Origin: Catajapyx aquilonaris
Lineage: Eukaryota
Assembly: GCA_000934665.2 (NCBI GenBank)
Contig: KZ537988.1
Span: 1 to 64,000, forward strand
DNA length: 64,000 bases
Direction: 5' to 3'
The position numbers and the translations under genes are program-made. The notes beneath the pieces are model-generated. The model searched no databases. It was not told the origin of the DNA and saw nothing but the letters and a program-made list of their open reading frames with translations. Of the stretch, positions 11,001 through 23,900 are shown piece by piece (the first letter of the stretch is position 1; the number at the start of each line of letters is the position of its first letter).

Positions 11001-14000
11001 TGGCTTGACGGGAAGCGGAGGCCGGCCACCGATGCATGACCAGCCCGCCAACCCAGGCAGCGCTGCGCCAACAGAACAACACCGGCAGCAGTCATCGCTT
11101 CGGTCTAACTCCATATGCCAAATGGCGAAATGGGATCCAGGTGTTGTTCAGCCCTTACCAACGAATTCGCCGCATCCCACTGCAGGACCCAAGGCGACCC
11201 CGAGGCGTATACCCGGATCACACAAGAGGGTAAAGCGCGCGCCTCACACATGAATATTCTAAGGTGTAGCTGTCCCTCCAATCTCCCCTCCTCCCAGCAC
11301 TTTCATAATTTAAAATGTGATTAATTCATTCGGGAAATAATTAGCATAGGATGAAGCCGATTCTTTACCAACAAGTCATGTAGGATAAAATGCCCTCACA
11401 TATAGCAGCTAATAAAACGTCACACGCTGTGGGAACTTGTAGGTACGTAGTAGCTAATACAAAAAGTGACCTTCCCGTGCACAGCTATCGTGAATAGACA
11501 AGATAATTTCCCACATCATTAAGAAACACACGAACTAGAGCTTTTTGTCGCGTACATACTCGTATTTCCTTGTATCGTTGCTCAATGAATAAATAAAAAA
11601 AAATCCTTCATTAGGTAAGCCTGATACTTATTCGTTACATGATGCACGTTGCAAGACACCTAGTAACCCTTGCAATAATATGGTCAGTCAAAGCATTTTA
11701 ATTTAAATAGTGGCATGCCAAAGCGAGCAATTCAATATTTTGATCTGGCCACCAGGATCTGAATTAATACCGAATATTGTGCATATTTTTGAATGCAATT
11801 TTCAATCAAAAAGTAACGTTGACGCTAGTACTAAGCAGCATAAGAACAAAACGCAACCAAATCCACAATAGTAAATATTGCGCACTGAATATACTACAGT
11901 ACTCATTGTGTACCATAAACTTTACAGCAATCAGAAAGTATATTTTCCAACCACATATCCTCGGTGCTTCCTACTCTATTATCTGATACAAGGGCACCAA
12001 ATATGCAATTTTTCGCTTAATTAATCAAGTTAAGAGCGCTAACCTATAACGTAGCGATAAGGCCAAAAAGAACCTTCCATCTCACCCATGACCTTTTTGA
12101 TAAAATTGAGAAGTTATTTGTAGGCTTCCGTTCCCAAAACGAGGCATCCATTATGCGAAAAGGACCTCGGAGGACTCAGCAGGGGGTCAGGTAGGGGAAA
12201 AAAAGAGGTGAAGGGGGTGGGGAGCTTGATTTCGAAAGAAGAGGAAAAAAATGGCACTTAGGGGACGTTGTTAATCAGGCAATCACACGCATTAGCGGTC
12301 CGAAATACTCCCAGCTTGCCATGCAAGGAGTGGAAATATGGGACTCACACATGCAATATCGAGTGGCTGGTAGGGAATGGGTTAGAGACCGGTATGTCCA
12401 CCCCCTCTGGATTACAGGTGATCTTACATTGGCAACATTCCAAACTGGTCGACATAAAAAATAGTTACACTAACCTTACTCCATCTAAGCTTACAATTAG
12501 GTAAGGTGGAATAGGGGATTGGGGGTATGGGGTGAGCAGGGTGGTATTTGATGGAAGTTAGATTTTTTTCCTGAGAAGGGGTTGGAAACAAGCCCCGCCC
12601 GTCATAAGGTAGGATAACTCCGCCTCCTGTCACCTGCTGACGGATTTATGCAGTCTGCACGCCAATTTATTGGCTCGCCTTTCCAACCTTCCAGGCATTT
12701 CAGGTAGGTGAGGCGCCCACCTCACCCTTCATGTACACCCCCCTACCACCACCACACCCCAACTCCTCACCTTTTGAATTATCTCCCCTCTACACAGATT
12801 AAATCGCATTATTGATAACCCCTCGGTTATTCAAATAGATTTCTGAAAGATCAGGAAATGAAATAAGATGTATGTATCACTGGTCATAATTTTTTTTCCT
12901 CCCCCTCCACGCCCCTTACCAAACACTCGGGTTGAAACCTGCTGTAGTCACCCTTCCCACATGTACACACGCACATGCACCCAGCAAGTGCACGCACCAC
13001 ACAGATAAAGCCAAGGAGTGAGCCGGACGATGGTTAATCACTTTATTCCCTAATTAACGACAGTGGGGCGAAGCCAGGCGGGAAAATATGGAAGAATAAA
13101 AATGATAGGCGCCGAGCCCATAAGAGTCCGGCCGAGTGATTCAGTGCCCCGGTGTTTATCGCCCAGGAGAAAACGTCCGCGATAAATCCGGAGCCCGCCT
13201 TGTCGCCAGGTAGTCAATAGTAAATTTGCAGGTGTGTGCCGCCGCCTGACATTCACGGCGGTCTAAAAATTCATTCTTGTCCTCGCCCGACCACCATTTT
13301 ACTTCCAGTATTTTTTTTTTCACTCTCTCCTTTTTTTTTTCTAAAAAAAACCACAACATTCGCGCCTTCCTACCTAATTGGACGCTTCGTTTTATTTACA
13401 GTTGTGGATGCCCGTCTTCATTATATTCACTTAGGCCAAATCGCTGGCACTCGAAATATGTTTTAAATATCATGCCTAACCAGCACTAGAATAAAACCCC
13501 CCCAGCGCGACAATACTACACTAGTCCCGCAGGTTTCCCAGCCAATAAATGTGCGTTCAGGCTTCTCTTCCAGCCATTATTCAGTTTAGCAAGTGTTCTG
13601 CATGACAGATAGTTAACATGAAAACGAATGGCTATGGGCAGCATAGATGTGGCGGAGCGGAGTGCGTTTATTTCGATGCGGCAGGGCCCTATGTGCATTG
13701 CATGGGTGGGGAGAGGCGGGTTGGGGTGGGGTGGAGGGGAATGTATGGTGCAGCCCAGCTTACAATCGGATCCCCCCTCAAAACCAGCCAGGCACCTCTC
13801 TCTTGCAAAGGCTCCATTGTGTGGGTGAAACCCGCCCTTTCCAGCCTGTCACATCTCCCAAAAACTGGCGCCGACTCCATTTCTACCCCCTCCCCACCAC
13901 CCATCCTATTTTTTTTGCGGTTTGGTCCAGGTTTAAATTTCTTTCGGATCGCTATCCCCTCACACCAGTCACACTCTAGTCCATGTAGGTGCCCTCGGAA

Positions 14001-16049
14001 TAATTCCCCGACGCTAATGGGAAGGCCTGCACTAAATCATGGCGGCTAGAATGGCGTGTCCATAACTATAAGTGAGGTGTGCCCCTGGCTTTTTGGGCGT
14101 CTAATGGCAATGGCGCCAGGAGAGCTGCACATGCAGCCCCGGTTAATTATTCTCCTATACTCCCAAAATGGACACAACATTAGAAATGGTTGCCCGTTCA
14201 TTTCATAAAAGTGGCCGGCACAGCCGTATGAAAATGTGAATGCATGCATGTAAAGCGCATGAAAAGCCCTCCCCTCCATCCCCCCCATTCCCTCCCCGAC
14301 CCCCCCCCCCAGCCATATATGAATATAGAGTATGTGTGCACTTCCTGGCATGTTGTATGAGATGTTTACACGCGGGCCCGTATTCAAACTCTACACGTCG
14401 CACAAAGTAAACATGCAACAAGCTGCAATGCACGTGTATGTACTGTATGCCTCCCCCCACCCCAACAACGCATTTTCTCCTGGCCCAACATTTTCAATGC
14501 GAGCTAGGGCCCCGGCTGCTGCTGTGTTTTCAGAGTGATAATTGCCGGCAAGCCATTAGGCCTGCGTTTTTAACGCGCATATATAATCATATTTAAGGCG
14601 GCGATGAAGCCCGGGTTTCATTTATTAATATCCAAGAGTGACTTTAACACTGTCGGCTCCCCTGAAATATGTGTTGTGTTGTGCTGGGGAACCAGCGACT
14701 GACTGCCAGCTATATGGGTAGTGCAAGCTTTCCCAAGGCCTCGGAAAAAATGTTTCGCTCGTGTAACGCGGTTTTTGTTTCACCTGCTGCAGTTTGCAGA
14801 AACGGAACCCCAAAAAGAGGGGGCATTTGCACAATCTCGCCTAAAATCTGCACTCTCTCAAATCCCCCCAAAATATAATGGAAGGCTCGAATTAAAAATT
14901 TTTTAAAGAGTATCTGAACCCACAACTTATAAGGGCATAAAACCGACCTATCATAACTTGTAAGCCAGTGGAGAGCCGCAAGCTCCTTCTTGATTGGCAA
15001 TAGCTGCCAATCGGCTATCCAAACCGCGGAAGCCTCGACATAAATCCCACCGCAGACCATATGACTTGGAATCCCCAACAGCGTGCTGCCTATCCTTCGC
15101 CGCCTTTCATTTGTCAAGACCCGTACCCTAAATAGCAATGCGGATGAGTGAAGCTCGGAACCAAAATGGCTGCTTCCTAACAAGTTACTGGCTGCGGTGT
15201 GGACGTGCATAAGACAAAGAGGGGGCTTCGGGCCATCTCTTCTTCTCCGCAACTTGGAATCGCCTTGGACACTGCAAGAAAAATAACGTCCTCCGGGTTG
15301 TTTCGATCCGCCTCGGGAGACTGGGATCGACAAGTGTGAGAGGAAGGCCTCTTTTTGCCACAGAGTTCAGAAGGTAGAGAAGTTTGGACCAAGGAAGCCT
15401 GGAAAGCGCTCCGAGGGAAACGGAACAAAGTTATTACTTGGAACCGTCTTTGAAGATTGCCTGCGTACACGTAGAGGTCAGTCTCGAATTCCCCAAGTTT
15501 GGCCCAAGATCCCTGCAGGTCTTCGAAGTTCGGAATAACCGATGGTGTGCAGTGCGTTAGGCCCGTTAATTGCTCTAGTCATGTGCAGCAGATGAGATAG
15601 AATGTACGGCGAATGCTCATTATTGGAATAGGGTTACGTGCCTTTGAATAGCGTACCATTGCGCTATACTTGCTCCTTTGTGCACAAGCTGTATACACAC
15701 TGCCAATCTCATTTTCTAAACATAGTAAAACATTGTAAGAAATAACAAATAAATGCCGAGACACAAACGAGCAGATTCCAACAATGTCTCATGCAGTGTA
15801 GTAAAGGCACCTCTTTCTTTACGGGCTTCTAATGCTCCTAAATTGCGACATAACTTGCATAGTTATGAGCAGCTTTATTATTTCAAGTGCTTGTGGTGGA
15901 CAGCAGGGATGTCAAGGACCGGTGGCTGTGGACTTGACTCCATAGGCTCTGGCTTTCCTTCAGAAAGCAGCTTCCGCCCTCCCCCGACTCACCCCCGTCG
16001 ACTCTGCAACGGTCGCTAGCAGCGAGCTGGTACACAGTAATTTCCAGTA

Positions 16050-16075
16050 AGCGCCCCCTGGTTCCAAAGACTGCC
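16050..16075 (-). promoter_or_regulatory. CTCF-like motif
   Basis: Minus strand GGCAGTCTTTGGAACCAGGGGGCGCT matches the CTCF core CCA(C/G)(C/T)AG(G/A)(G/T)GGCGC except at its 5' end, with an upstream GCAGT. Confidence 0.4.
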
Positions 16076-17474
16076 TCTGAATATCTCGCCGAAATTACCC
16101 CCATTCAAATTAATTCAATGGGCTAGCCAACGCGAAAGTTGCCCCAACTCCAGCAGTCTGCAATATAAGGCCTAACGAGCTTTTGGAGTTCCTCTGAATG
16201 CCCCATTAAGTCCATAGAAACGCGAAATGACCACATGGGATCACCTCCCAGAACGGGAAGGGAGGTTTTGGGGGAGGAGAGGATATGAGGGTGGGGGAGG
16301 AAGGGAGGGCCAAGGGGGCAAGCAGAAAAGTCATACTCTACTATTACACAATGGAAGACTAAATAATGCACAATGCAGCCATACTGGAGTGCGAGCCCGA
16401 GACGCTAGGCGCCCGGGCCCCAACAATAATTCATTTTTCAATCGTGACAACCCTGGGAGGTGATAGAATAATGGTGCACAATGCCTGCATTCACGCCGGA
16501 CACATAAGGACCTTTCAAAGGCCGCTTGCCTGCAGGATACAGAGCCTGCCTTTGGGTAAATATGCGCACGCCTTTCCGCCAGGACAATTCTCGGCCTCCC
16601 GAGGTTCATATTTTCCTAGTTTTACGGCGGATGGGCTTCCCAAGACAGCTTAGAACAACGGCAAAAATGCCGCAATGGCAATCGGGTTGCCTCGCACAAC
16701 AAAGACCCGCTCGCACACACATTGTCACGCGGTTCCACCCACACACGGCTGCGTCACAGGCGTTCGAGCGAGGATATATTCCGTAATCTGTGTCTTGTCA
16801 TCTGCGACTGTAATTTACGCTGCTGGTAATACTGTACACGCCTGTTGGTCATTTTACGCTTGGCTCAAAAGATGTCATTTCATCCGTCCTGGCACTGCCT
16901 TAGACACCGTCTCATATGGAATGACTGATGTGTGTTTTCATGAAATCCTGCCAGTGCTTCTCAAATTGACACACATCCAACAATCACCCATGATAAAAAT
17001 ATTTTGACAAAAATGCACAGCGAGTGCTGCTTATTTAGCAATACTTCTCAAAGATTGTTAAAATCAAACTGCAGCAGTAAACCTGCCCACATCGTGTAAA
17101 ATTCTACTTTCGTTGTTGCAAAAAGCAATACAAGGTTGGAACAGCAACATTTTAATTTTTGTATATCCTGCTATCATAAAATAAAACTAGGTAATATTCC
17201 AACGTGAGGAATACTATACATGCACTCGTATAATGTCACCTACTTCTGCCTCTCATTCGTGTGCGAAGTGCTGCAGTACGTACAGTGCATTGCAGAGCAC
17301 AGCGAGCGTTTCTCGCATAAGTGCATTGGGTGTCCGGTAAAGTTTCCTAGAATTTGCACAGCCACACGACTCTTGCTACCAAACTACGATCTAGTCTCTG
17401 AAACGTTAATGTTCACTGCAAGCTACATCGTCGTAACTTTCCACACAACAATCCACTGGCAAAACCATGACATT

Positions 17475-17939
17475 AGGCGTATTCGGCAATTCAGATTATT
17501 CTGAGACGCGTCACGTGATATCTGAGTTGTTAGCCCTGCCCCTCAGAAGATTATTGCCGAACGGCCGAACTGAGAGACCCCCCCTACCCGCCAGTGCTGC
17601 ATCCCAGTGATATGCCAATGTTCGGGTATTTCGGTGCCGTATTTCGGACGCTGGCGGGTAATGGTGCGGGTAAATTGAAAATGCGGGTAAAATCGGGTAT
17701 TTTCAGGTCCTCGCGCGGGTTTTTTGGGCATTTTGCATTGGCAACACTGCTGCATCAATAACATGAATTTGTTGTCCGCCTGTTTCTCAGCAAGTAAGTC
17801 AGGTCAGGAGTACACTAAGTTCCTGAGCTTGGGAAGTCAGGTAGGGCGCATGCGCACTTACTTCAGGGGGCGTGGCACCTGATTTGCCGAACATCCAAAC
17901 AGCCCAGGAAGTCAGATTCCTGAATTGCCGAATACGCCT
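17475..17939. mobile_element. Non-autonomous DNA transposon (MITE), 465 bp; PIF/Harbinger-group-like (ATT TSD) or Tc1/mariner-like (TA TSD)
   Basis: Perfect TIR AGGCGTATTCGGCAATTCAG (17475-17494) matches CTGAATTGCCGAATACGCCT (17920-17939). ATT flanks both sides (17472-17474, 17940-17942); TA flanking a TIR starting GGCG fits equally. Internal repeats of TTGCCGAA and CGGGTA; no transposase ORF. Confidence 0.85.
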
Positions 17940-20900
17940 ATTGTTTTCGCCCTTCACTTGAAAACAATACTAACTTATTTAATTATTGCCTTTTCCACGA
18001 AGAGTGGGATGTTACAATGTAATAATAGAGTAATTCAGTAACTTTAAAGGTGCTATGACATGCTGTCTACCGTACACGTTCTCATTCTTATGCACAATAT
18101 TTGCACGATTCTGAAACGATGGCAACATTAGGCCAACGCCACTACCTCCCATTTTCCCCACAGACTGTACGTTGGTTTAATTTTTCATTTCCATCAAAAT
18201 ATGAAAAATTCGGATGAAAAATACTTCTGATTCTTCCGTCGTGATTCTTGGCCAAGAAAATTAAACAAATTTTGCTCTTAATTGGGATTTTTCTGTCATT
18301 TTTTGTAACCCAATGGGTGTACTTTTGTATACAAAAATTGGTCAGTATGAAAAATTTTAAACACTTACACGAAAAGGGTTAGTTCTCTATTTTAATGTAA
18401 CCAGCTAACGTGGGAGGGGTGGGGAGGAGACGGAGATAATGAACTTGAAGCAAAGGCATAAATTATCCTGGTAGGTATGCATCCCTCAGCGTGAGTCCCT
18501 TTCACTGTGTATTTTGAATCTAATTGTTGCCGTACTGTACAATTATTACCAAACGCTATGCATTGTTCTCGCTATGATGCGAGATCATTACCCATTGAAG
18601 AAGTTAACCGCATGTAGTCTGGTTCCACTATGTTGTGAGCTCCCCTTTGCCTCTATTCAACTCTGTCAAACTCTGCTCTGGGTAAATCTGCTTACTGAAG
18701 GTGTTTATAAAATATGTACGGACACTAACCCAAACATATTTGTTGTTCCAGTAGGGCTAACTTCTCATGCACACTCGAAAAGGGAACCTGCCCAAAACTT
18801 GGTAAGCATTTCATCCGCTCTAACAATTTGACAATAGCCTCGTCCCCTGATTTGCTGTCCGAAATGTTGTGTCTCCCCTTCTAAATCGGCTTCCTCTTCC
18901 AACACTTGCTTTTCAGACAGCATTTCATTCACCTCTAAATGTGCCACAGCCCATGCAACTATCATGGTTTGGAGGTTGGATTCGCTCTGCATCCAGCATT
19001 CAGTAGGGCCCTAGTCCCTTTTCACCTGAGGGCTGAGCGCTTTTAGAAGCATTTATGTCACTTGCTCCCATTGCGACCATCAAAAAATGTGACTCAAAAA
19101 CACCTGAATATGGCACAGAGTGCAATGCATGCTTAGCTCGTAATTGGCTTATAAAATGCGTCGAGTTTTTCAATTCTGAATTAACAATGCTCGAGCAATA
19201 TTGTAATTTTGCATGTTATTATTTGTTGGGCGCAATCTCTGTGGCTAAGACGGAGTTACTAACCAAAAACCAAGCATCAGACTTTGTGTGTGTAGTATTG
19301 ATAAACATTTCCCTCCATTCACCCTATAGTTTCTGTTCGATTGCAACAAGGTTGGCACTTCGTATTATACAGCCAAAGCTCGGTTATATAATTTGAAAAT
19401 CAAAACTGTGTTAACCCTCGATTTTTGTTTTAAAAAAAGTTGCGCCTTTGATCACAAAAACAGTGTTAAAATCCCGTCCGCGCCATACTAGTAGAAATAT
19501 GCACCGGGCAGCTTGTTTAAGCGTCGCTCCAACAACAACAAAAAAATCTAATCCTGTGATCATCCGTTGAGTGACGGCACCACAAATCCTTCCAGTGATG
19601 TATACCTCACAAGTACACTCTATCCTCATCATTCGCCCGATACTGCATGATCCACTAGCACCGCCTCGATAGTGACAGCGTGACAGACAGGAAGGGTGCC
19701 TACAGTAAACACCTTTTCCACCGCCCCCAAAAAATCACGCCACCNCCCCCCCCCCCCCCGATAGAAACCTAACCTAAACTCAATCCATGATTTCTGGCCA
19801 TTCCTCCCTCTAGGGAGCCCGGATCTAGTCGCAGGATCACGTTTCCTAGGCCGGATCCGTACTATCTGCCGGAGCCGCCATCTATCGCGGGGGCGCTACC
19901 ATAATGCACCCGGGCGCGCAGCTGGCGTGTCTTCCCTAAATCAAATCCCGATAAAACCCGGCATGTACTCGCATCTGAGATCTGCTGCATGCCGGAGGCT
20001 GCTCCCAGCCGCCATCTTCCTCTGCCTTCCCCCTCCTCCCAAACCTAACCTCCCCTAGAAAAGCACAAGCTGGGATGATGCATGGCCCAAAACTTGGTCC
20101 CCGGCCGGCAATCCTGATGCGCCTCCTCCAAGACTCCTCAATATTGCAGCCTTAATATTGGGCTCTATAAATTTCCTCCTCCTCCCCCCACCCACCCGCC
20201 CTCCTGGGTTGGATTGGCCTCTCCTCGGGGCTGCCTAGGCCCTAATGGCCCACTACCAGCCCGGATGCACTTAACTACCTGGCCCACGTGACAGTATACT
20301 ATAAGCCTGGCCTTCATTCCTCCGTACTAAAGCATTGTTGCAAAACCCTGGCCCCGGCACTCCGAAATTGGCAATTTTTTCGCCCCTCTAAAAGTGACCA
20401 CGCCTTGATGATCCAGATACCCAGGTATTTTATATGCCCACAGGAAGCCCCCCGTACCTGAACTCTCATTTTGTGTTAATGGTTGATTATGATCGCGCCG
20501 TCCGCTTGTTGAATGTACGGTAGCGCAAAACTGCCCTTATCTCCTTATTTTTACACCTCAACAAATCATGGTTTGAAGTGAATTTAAAAGGTGGGCGAGG
20601 CTTGCTTTTTGTTTTGGTACGGAGGAAAAGAGGAGGTGGCCAGCTTAAATTGATCATCCTGTACCTTTCCCTTTACTTTGGAGGAGGTTTGATCAAGTTC
20701 GCTCTCCATAAAACATGAATCACTTTTGTGGGGATGGAAGTTTCAACAGTGTTGGGTTTATTCGCCGACACACTATTTACTTCGGCGTGAACCACTCGAG
20801 TACATGGCTTCCAGCTAATTCCAGTCCAGTCATATTCCCTCAGCACAAGGGGAACACCCTCACCCCACTCTATTTCATTTTTGCACTCGCCCCCCTTCCC

Positions 20901-23900
20901 CCACATTTTTTTTTTTTTTCCTCTTCCTCGGGTGCCATTATTCAGCTGGGGGTGGGGAATGATTCATTGATTCCCCATTTCCAGCTGATGTTTCTCTGCC
21001 GCGCTGTTTATAAAAGACACAAGCCGTTTCCCATTCACTTAGTGAAATCCTCGTTTTTCAGCTACACGTCCCTGCAGGGCTCCTCTCCCTCCGGAATGGT
21101 GGAAAAACGGTCCATCGAGGGTGGGGGTGGGGATATCGTACGATAGCCGCTGCAGCAAGCAAGCATCGCCAATGACACCGGCAACCAAAAAGCCAAAATC
21201 CGGCACGCGCGGCACATACTTTCAATTTGCACGCGGGCGCAGCTCGAAGAATAATTACGATGGGCAAAAACCGGGCCCCGGGCCTACTTTCGCAATGCCC
21301 GCGCATAAAAGTTGTGGTAGGGACATGGAGAGGGGGAGGGGGAGGGGGGGGGGGTTGAAAAAGCTATGTATGCACGCGTGTATATTACCATGATTACATA
21401 TAATTATTAATCATATTACCACCCCACTGCACTGACCATAAATTTTCATTGCATTTTAAACGAGGGGATGTGTTTGTGATAAAGAATCATCAACTGCAAC
21501 AGTTGAGCTCGCCACATTCGGACCGTCCGGCTTAATAAAACAAAACTTCCAAATCCGACTCTGGCATACAATGTCCTCTATCGGAATTTATCCCCGTTAA
21601 CCTACCAGCATTTCCCATCTTCACAAAATGTGACCGCTGGTTACATATTTTGTGTTTTTAATGATTTTCCAGTGGGTATGATCTGACAATTCGGACCAAA
21701 CATGGCGAAATTGACCCAAAATGGCCGCCCCCACAATCAGTCGCCTGCTCTTTAAACTATTTAATTTCCTCTTCACAGTCCAGATCGAGGAAGCTCCATT
21801 TTTGCATATAGGGTGTTATTACTTGTTCCCCCCTCTCGTCTTGGTGGACCCTCTTTTTTGGTAAGAAAAACTTGGTCCAAGTGCACATCTCTCCCTTTCC
21901 TCCCCTCTCTCCGGCAAAAAGCGAGCAAAGATTTCAATTTAGATCCCTCCTCGTGGCGCGTCTGTTTCTCTATAGGCCTGAAATCGCCCTCCTCCCCCGC
22001 ACTTCCCTCCCTCTCCCTCCTCCTCCCCCCACCACCGCACACACCACCCCTGCAAACCGTCAAAACGGGCCTTCGAGCACGGGCACTGTCAGTCGCCTCG
22101 GGGCCATGTCCGTGATGAAGAATGGAATGTAATTAGCCCTGCCTATAGCCAGCGAGCACGGGGCTAATAACATTTTATGCAACCTGGCCCGGCCCGACGT
22201 TCCGACAGGGTTCCGTCGAAATATAGATTGCCACGCCACAATATGATACCGGCCAACCGGCCTGGATCTGACACGCGCGCCCCGTCTGCCTACAACGTGT
22301 GAAAACCTCCCGTGTCTATTATGGGCTACAAATTAATGCACTCCCTATATGTACGTGGAGGAGGTGAGGGGGAGGCATAGGCCTATGCCGACCCCCACCT
22401 GGTTTTTTTTCCCAACCTCCCAATAGCTGTCATACGAACCAAGATTCTGCCTATCGAACCACCTCTCTGCAACATACCCTGATTGTAATTACGCTGCGTT
22501 GTGTATATCCTCATGTGGAAGAATATTGTTGACACCCTTACCTTTGAGCCATATTTTCAACAGGCGGAAATATCAAAAAATCGCCCAACGTGAAATGTGC
22601 TAAATTCAAACCAACAGGTCTCATGCACCTGCTTTACAAAATAACAATGTCTACTCTCTAAATTCATATCAGCGGGTTTTCACTCTTGCCCCTTTTGAGT
22701 AAATATGTTCTCCCACCGTAATTTTAACTAAAATATTTCATCAAACAGACAAGTTTAAAGACACACACCAAACTATTTGGAGCTATTTCAAGTTACATAA
22801 CAAAAGGAAGCCGTATTATTATTCGTCTGGCGTATTCTTATTTCCCCTCACACAGTGCCCAACCTCGTTTGCAGCAATGTGCCAATTTGTAATATGACAT
22901 GGCTTGTACCTCCATACTTAGCCCGGCTATATAATTTCAGGTTGTAAAACACGCCTCAGAACGTGACTTTCTCGGTCATCTCGCAATGACATCTGCAACT
23001 TAGGCCCTAAAACGCAAAACAATGCCCACACGTCGCTTATTCCAACAGCGCCGCTTGTTTCACATTGTCCTCTTCATCTCAACACGCCTTTTGCCGGGGG
23101 AAGGGGATGATAGAATAGGCGACGATCATCTGAATGAAAGACTCATTCGGTTAGCCGTGGATAAAATCTGAAGTGGCGTGGATAGGGGCCTCCCAAAAAG
23201 GAGATATTTCCATCCATCCCGCTTCTGGCATCTGCAATCTGATTTTGTCATCCGCGTTCCATTGTTTGATGGTCGCCCCAGACAACAGGGCATAAATATG
23301 CAAATGTGTCACACGTTACACCTGAACAGTGCGGCCTCGGATTTATTACCACTGTCTCCCCCCTCAATTCCTGTCATCATAAGAGAGGGTGGGGGTAGGG
23401 GGGGAAGCTTTTGCGGATTCCCAGCCGGAGACAAATGATTTATTTCGCTCGCACTGTTATGTGGAACATGCTGATTTCCCCCTACGCGTGTTGCTCCTTT
23501 GTTACCACATTAGCCTATGCTTGATGCCATGTAATCTCCACATACTGGGCAGAAGACACTTTGCACTTCGCCGCCATAAATCAAAAAGCGTCCCCCCTTA
23601 GGTTACTGCAGCTGATAAAAATGCACTCCCAGATATGGTGACACGGCCTCGTTATCGCCCAAACCTCCTCCAAAAATGTCCTCCTGAGCCACATTCACCC
23701 GAATAAAGTTGTAGCCAGAGCCCGGCCCCAATAAGCCAGAAGCCCTGCAACAATAAAATGACAAGAGAAACACGGCGCTATTTCCACCTAGCACGCATGT
23801 TACCCCCACCCTTGGCCCCCCTCTCCCCACCCCCGGCCAGCACCAGCCCCTTGGCGTGACTTGTCACTATCTTTATGGGTGGATGTGGGTTGCAATGGTG

